A stretch of DNA of 64,000 nt from Hadesarchaea archaeon (GTDB lineage Archaea > Hadarchaeota > Hadarchaeia > Hadarchaeales > Hadarchaeaceae): positions 32,001 through 96,000 of the forward strand of contig JAPDJH010000009.1 of the NCBI GenBank assembly GCA_029259175.1, given 5' to 3'. Each line of letters starts with the position of its first letter. The first letter of the stretch is position 1. Below are positions 59,166 through 64,000 of the stretch, one piece after another. The notes under the pieces are model-generated. The model was given only the letters and a program-made list of their open reading frames with translations, had not been told where the DNA came from and searched no databases. A program made the translations under genes and the position numbers.

Positions 59166-59870
59166 TTGATGAGGGTCGCGGCAGTTTCTGACGTGCACGC
59201 TCCTCAGTACTTGGAGCTATTCGTGCGCGCGCTGGACGTAATGCCCGATCCCGATCTTCTTCTGCTAGCTGGCGACATGGTGCTAAAGGGAGACCACTCC
59301 CAGCTGGGCAAAGTGGTGGAAGCCATCAGAGCCAAATACGACGGACCCATCTTTGCCGTTTTCGGCAACGAAGAGTATGACCAATACGTCCAAGAGTTTC
59401 TTGAATACGAAGAAATCCGCTGGCTGCAAGATGAAAGTGTGGTAGTCAACATCGGTGGGCTCGACATCGGAATCGTTGGCTCCAGAGGATCGCTAGACAG
59501 ACCCACTTTCTGGCAGCGGACTCACGTTCCAGGGATAAACACTGTTTACAGAGAACGAATCCACAAAATTGACAGACTCTTGGGTGCTCTCCGGAGCAAA
59601 ATAAAAATAGTGATTACTCACTACTCACCCACATATGCGACGCTAGTGGGTGAGCGAGAAAAATCGTGGAGTGAGATGGGAAGCAAGAAGCTTGAGCGGG
59701 TCATTAAACAGCGGCAGCCGGATCTCTGGGTTCACGGGCACATTCATAACGGGAAAAAACTGGAAGTCCAAATCGGGCGCACGCTTGTAGCGAACGTGTC
59801 ATTGCCCGCACGTGGTGGAATTTTCACCGTTGAGCTTCCGAGAAAAGTGGGGCTGGAGGCCTTCGTATAG
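59166..59870 (+). CDS. Calcineurin-like metallophosphoesterase
   Basis: SDVH, AGD, GNEE, THY, HGHIH. Confidence 0.85.
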   Translation: MMRVAAVSDVHAPQYLELFVRALDVMPDPDLLLLAGDMVLKGDHSQLGKVVEAIRAKYDGPIFAVFGNEEYDQYVQEFLEYEEIRWLQDESVVVNIGGLDIGIVGSRGSLDRPTFWQRTHVPGINTVYRERIHKIDRLLGALRSKIKIVITHYSPTYATLVGEREKSWSEMGSKKLERVIKQRQPDLWVHGHIHNGKKLEVQIGRTLVANVSLPARGGIFTVELPRKVGLEAFV

Positions 59871-59873
59871 GGG

Positions 59874-61193
59874 CTATGGGGTGAGTCTGCGACGATCTCG
59901 GGGAAAAAGAACACATTCGCGGATGTTCTCCCGACCCGTTAGCACCATGGTAAGTCTGTCGAGGCCCAGACCCCAGCCAGCGTGGGGCGGCAAACCGTAG
60001 CGGTAGCTGAGCAAGTGAGACTTGAAGCTCTCTGGATTGAGACCCTTTGACTTGAGCTGCCTCACCAACAGATCATGCTGGTGTATACGAGTGCCGCCGG
60101 ACGCGAGTTCCAGCCAATCATACATAAGATCAAAAGACTCCGAGAGCTTTGAATCCTCTTCTTTTGGCATCGTGTAAAAAGGTTTGATCGCGAGAGGCCA
60201 ATCAGTGATAAAGTAAGCACCGCCCACGAGTTCTCCCAACTTTCGCTCTGCAGGAGTTGGGAGATCCTCCCCCCACCGAATCTTCACTCCCGCCTTTTCC
60301 AAGATCTGCAGAGCCTCTGTGTAAGTGATGCGCGGAAAAGGTGTTTTTGGAACCTCCAAGCGGTGATCTAACGTTTCCAATTCAGAGCCGCACCTATCAG
60401 CAACCGCTTTGAAAGCGCGCACGATCAAGTCTTCTAAGATGTCCATCACATCGGAAGCCGTCGCGTAAGCAACCTCGATATCTACAGAGATCGCCTCGTT
60501 CAAGTGGTGAGTCGTGTCGTGCTCTTCCGCCCGGAAGATGGGTCCGACCTCAAAGACACGCTCAAAGGCTCCTGTAAGTACCTCCTTGTAGAGCTGTGGA
60601 CTCTGACTCAGAAAGGCCTCGCGTTCAAAGTACGAGATGGGGAAGAGAGCCGCCCCACTTTCAGTGGCCGTGGCGACTATTTTTGGGGTGTGAACTTCGA
60701 CGAATCCGAGGGAAAGTAAACGTTCGCGAATTGCTTGGAGTGCCACATTTTTTATTCGAAATATGGCCCGGACTTCCTGTCTGCGAAGATCCAATGCCCG
60801 AGCGTCCAACCGCGTATCCAAGTTGGCCTTGACCCGTCCAAGCGGATCCAATGGTAAGGGCGTTTCGGCCAAGTTGAGAATCTTGATTTCAGAAGGAACT
60901 ACTTCGACTCCTCGAGGAGCCTGGGAAGCCCTAACAACTTTACCGCGAACCGCCACGGAGCTCTCTTGGGTAAGCTTGGAAATCTGGTCGAGAATCGCTT
61001 GGGGGGTTTTTTGCTTGGGCGCCGTTACCTGAACAAAACCGCTCACATCGTGAAGGATGAAGAATTTTATTCCTCCCAAGTCGCGGATATCTCCAACTCG
61101 GCCCATCACCACAACTTCTTCTCCTTCCATCTCGGGCCGGATATCTGCTGCTTGGTGCGTCCTCCGCCAGTCACCTAGACGGGCAACGGTCAT
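59874..61193 (-). CDS. aspS: Aspartyl-tRNA synthetase (probably non-discriminating)
   Basis: IRDLGG, QSPQLYK, FRAE, PPHAGWGLGLDR, FPRD; Pro in QAPRG. Confidence 0.95.
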   Translation of the reverse strand: MTVARLGDWRRTHQAADIRPEMEGEEVVVMGRVGDIRDLGGIKFFILHDVSGFVQVTAPKQKTPQAILDQISKLTQESSVAVRGKVVRASQAPRGVEVVPSEIKILNLAETPLPLDPLGRVKANLDTRLDARALDLRRQEVRAIFRIKNVALQAIRERLLSLGFVEVHTPKIVATATESGAALFPISYFEREAFLSQSPQLYKEVLTGAFERVFEVGPIFRAEEHDTTHHLNEAISVDIEVAYATASDVMDILEDLIVRAFKAVADRCGSELETLDHRLEVPKTPFPRITYTEALQILEKAGVKIRWGEDLPTPAERKLGELVGGAYFITDWPLAIKPFYTMPKEEDSKLSESFDLMYDWLELASGGTRIHQHDLLVRQLKSKGLNPESFKSHLLSYRYGLPPHAGWGLGLDRLTMVLTGRENIRECVLFPRDRRRLTP

Positions 61194-61245
61194 GGGCTCA
61201 CCTCGCCACGAAAATTCTAGACCGTGGTTTATTAGGCATTCGCAT

Positions 61246-62912
61246 TTAGAACTTTTTGACCTGAAGGTTGAAGAGCTCGCGCACGCGCTGCAGGGTGTCG
61301 GCCTCAGCCGATGATTTGTCTTCCCGGATCTTCGTGATGCGGGCGAAGCGGAGCGCCATCCCACACGGATACTTCGGGCTCCGCTGAATCTCGTTGTACG
61401 CCACTTCGACCACCACTTCCGGCTTTACCCAGATTCGTCTGCCTTCCTCGGAGATCTTCAGCTCCTGCAACCGCTTTGTCATCCACTGGATCTCCTCATC
61501 GGTGAGCCCCTTGAAAGTCTTCCCAACAATCTCGAACTTTCCTGTCTCAGCATCCAGAGCAGCCAGATAGTAATCGGAAAGCCAGCGATGACGGCGCCCG
61601 TATCCGTACTCCGCTCCCACTATCACCAAATCGAGTGTCTCCATCGTTGGTTTGACTTTGAGCCAGTTCTTTCCTCTCACCCCTGCAGTGTAGGGGGCAT
61701 CCAGCTTCTTTGCCACCAGTCCCTCGTGCCCCAATTGGATAGCCTGATTCAGAAAACGCTCGCCCTCTGCGGAATCAGAGACCACGAGCTGCGGCGAAAG
61801 CGGAATCGAACCAGCTATTTCGGCCAGTTTTTGCCGGCGCTCGTGATAGGGGCTGTCAACAAGTGGTTCTCCGTTCAGATAAAGCAGGTCAAATAGATAG
61901 AGCTGGAGAGGGATCTCTTTAACCAGCGCTTCTATCCCACGCTCGCGTCTGAAACGGTGAAGAAGAATCTGGAAGGGCCTGGGGCGCCCGGCACTATCGA
62001 CGGCGATCACTTCTCCCTCCACGATCGCCTCAGTCGCTGAGAGCTCTTGCTGAACCAGCTGTGCTATATCGGGCATGCTTGATGTAACATCGGCCATCCT
62101 GCGGCTGAATATCCGCACGGCAGTATCGCGCTTGTGGATCTGCACGCGGGCCCCGTCGAACTTGAATTCGAGAGCCGTGCGGCCACCGTGGATTTCCAGA
62201 CACTCCTTAATGGAGCGCGCGGTTTGGGCAAGCATGAAGCCCACAGGGGTGAACAGCTCAGGTCTAACCTTCTGTAGACCTTGGACGCCTTCCTGGGACG
62301 CAATCAAAGCAACGCGCGCAATATCCCCGATAAACGTTCGCGCGCGCCTAACAAGGTCTTCCGGCACTGCGAACGCGCGGGCTATTGCCTGCTCGACCAT
62401 GCCCTCTCTGAAGCCCGTACGCATTTCACCCACTATTACCTTGGTGAGGTACTTCGCTTCGAGAGGAGTGGCTCTCGCAAAAAGGCCTTCGAGCAAGCGC
62501 TCTTTCCGCTCCCGCGCTTTCGGGCCTTTCGCCTCGGCGACTTTCACAAGAATTTGAAAGGCTCCGGTGATATCCATTGGGTGTTCCACGAGGGGGCGTT
62601 GCTTGCGCTTGTGGGTTTCAAAAACTTGTCGAACGGCCTCACCTAGGTCACCAGATTCTCTAAAAGCCCGAAAGAGATCCCCCTCGGACGCGCCGGAAAC
62701 ACGCAAGACCACGTCGCGCACCGTTGCCCAGCTCACGTTCAGCTTGACAGCAGAGTGCGGTAGAAAGGGCTGACCCAGAAGCATGCGTATGGCTGGCTCG
62801 AGTTCTGGAGCGGATACTCGACACAAAAATCTGAACACAGCTCGACCATCTCTGTGCGCTTGGTGGTAGATGCCAAGTGCTCCAGGAGGCAGGCAAGATC
62901 CGAGAACCTCAT
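61246..62912 (-). CDS. lig: ATP-dependent DNA ligase, frameshift near 62825-62829
   Basis: EFKFDGARVQIH, EGLVAK, WLKVK, LRFAR; N-terminal MRFSDLA..TTKRTEM is in another frame. Confidence 0.9.
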
Positions 62913-62973
62913 CAACAAATTATATTTTGAACCAAAAAATCACTATTTCGGATAAACGGGGTCGGAGGAGACG

Positions 62974-64000
62974 ATGAAAGACTTGCTGCGGAGAATTCAG
63001 AAAGACCGGGTTTTGTTGCTTGCTTGCGTAGTGCTGGCACTAATCGTCGGGGGCTCGCTCGCGCTCCGGCTTTCGGTGACTCTGGGCTACTGGCTCCCGC
63101 TGGGGCGCGATGGTCCTTACAACTTCTTTCATTCCAACTACCTGCTTGACCACTACCCTCACATGCATAGCAGAGAAGTGCCCGGGTTCTTCCACTTCGC
63201 CGCATGGGTAATGGGTGCTCTGTCGGTGCTCGGGGTTTCGCGAATCACGGCATTCGATATAGCTACAGCTTTGGCCTCTGGGTTAGTGGCCATAACGACT
63301 TTTCTGATGATGAGGCGCCTAACTAAAAACTCTTGGATAGCCCTGATGGCGGCTTTCCTGTCGGCGTTTCTCCCTGCCAATCTCAGACTAATGGGCGAAC
63401 TCCAGAAAAACGCATTTGGAGTCACTCTCATGCCGCTCAGCGTTCTCTTCTTTTGGAGAAGTTTGGAAAGCGAGAGCAAACTCGATATGATAGTGACTGG
63501 CATACTGCTGGGCGTGGTTGGACTCACCCACCAGCTAGCCTTCGGCACGCTGGCAATCGCTTATGTCACCTATCTCGGAGTGTTGATGGCGTACAGGAAA
63601 CGCATCCCGTGGAAAGAAATCAGAATTGTTGCAATCATAGGCGTTGTCGCGGCTTTGATTTGCGGGTGGTACTACTATGGGGCGATAAGCGGTGCTGAAA
63701 GTCTGGCTGGAGAATCCGGTCCCGCCCCTGCCCAAGAAGGCCCTGCCATTTACAGATTTTACGACGAGTATATGGGCCGGATGTTGTTGTTTTTCTCGCT
63801 TGTTGGACTTGGAGTTGGAATTTTGCGGAGGAGGAAAAGTGATCTTTTCTTAATCGCTTGGTGGCTCAGCGCTCTCGCAATGGCCCAACCGTGGGTCTCC
63901 AGCGAATATCAATGGAGGTTTGCGATCATGCTTGGAATGCCCACCGCCCTGCTGGCTGCAGTAGGGATCATAGATGGTATCGGTGGATTGTTGGAAAGCA
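62974..64000 (+). CDS. Multi-pass membrane protein, GT-C glycosyltransferase-like, truncated by window end
   Basis: Open frame from ATG 62974 after GGAGG; first TM followed by LGRDGPY, many hydrophobic segments. Confidence 0.6.
   Translation, partial: MKDLLRRIQKDRVLLLACVVLALIVGGSLALRLSVTLGYWLPLGRDGPYNFFHSNYLLDHYPHMHSREVPGFFHFAAWVMGALSVLGVSRITAFDIATALASGLVAITTFLMMRRLTKNSWIALMAAFLSAFLPANLRLMGELQKNAFGVTLMPLSVLFFWRSLESESKLDMIVTGILLGVVGLTHQLAFGTLAIAYVTYLGVLMAYRKRIPWKEIRIVAIIGVVAALICGWYYYGAISGAESLAGESGPAPAQEGPAIYRFYDEYMGRMLLFFSLVGLGVGILRRRKSDLFLIAWWLSALAMAQPWVSSEYQWRFAIMLGMPTALLAAVGIIDGIGGLLES

Overview
Archaeal chromosomal segment, ~50% GC. Gene content (methanogen-type SerRS, tungstate ABC transporter, group 4 NiFe hydrogenase, euryarchaeal-style information-gene operons) is compatible with a Hadarchaeota-like lineage, but that is inference. 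Most of the window is housekeeping: KEOPS and ribosomal-protein cluster, csl4-rpoL-tfs-pcna-primase-GINS-aIF2a-nop10 superoperon, AspRS, ligase. The four best leads are: (1) an integrase-free array of four toxin-antitoxin cassettes directly behind tRNA-Thr, separated by ~40-bp repeats made of a conserved arm plus a copy of the tRNA 3' end; (2) an operon for a membrane-free group 4 NiFe hydrogenase with HdrB embedded in it, whose NuoC-like subunit appears to carry the C-terminal tail of HdrC, followed by cysteine synthase; (3) a DHH / Sm-like / three-domain Clp1 module inserted in the rps15-recJ-pcc1 operon; (4) a stand-alone CARF protein with no CRISPR-Cas in the window. Also seen: likely ATA and CTG start codons, a frameshift in DNA ligase, and a GC-rich island between glmM and glmU. 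All calls come from motif recognition by eye; no database search was run.
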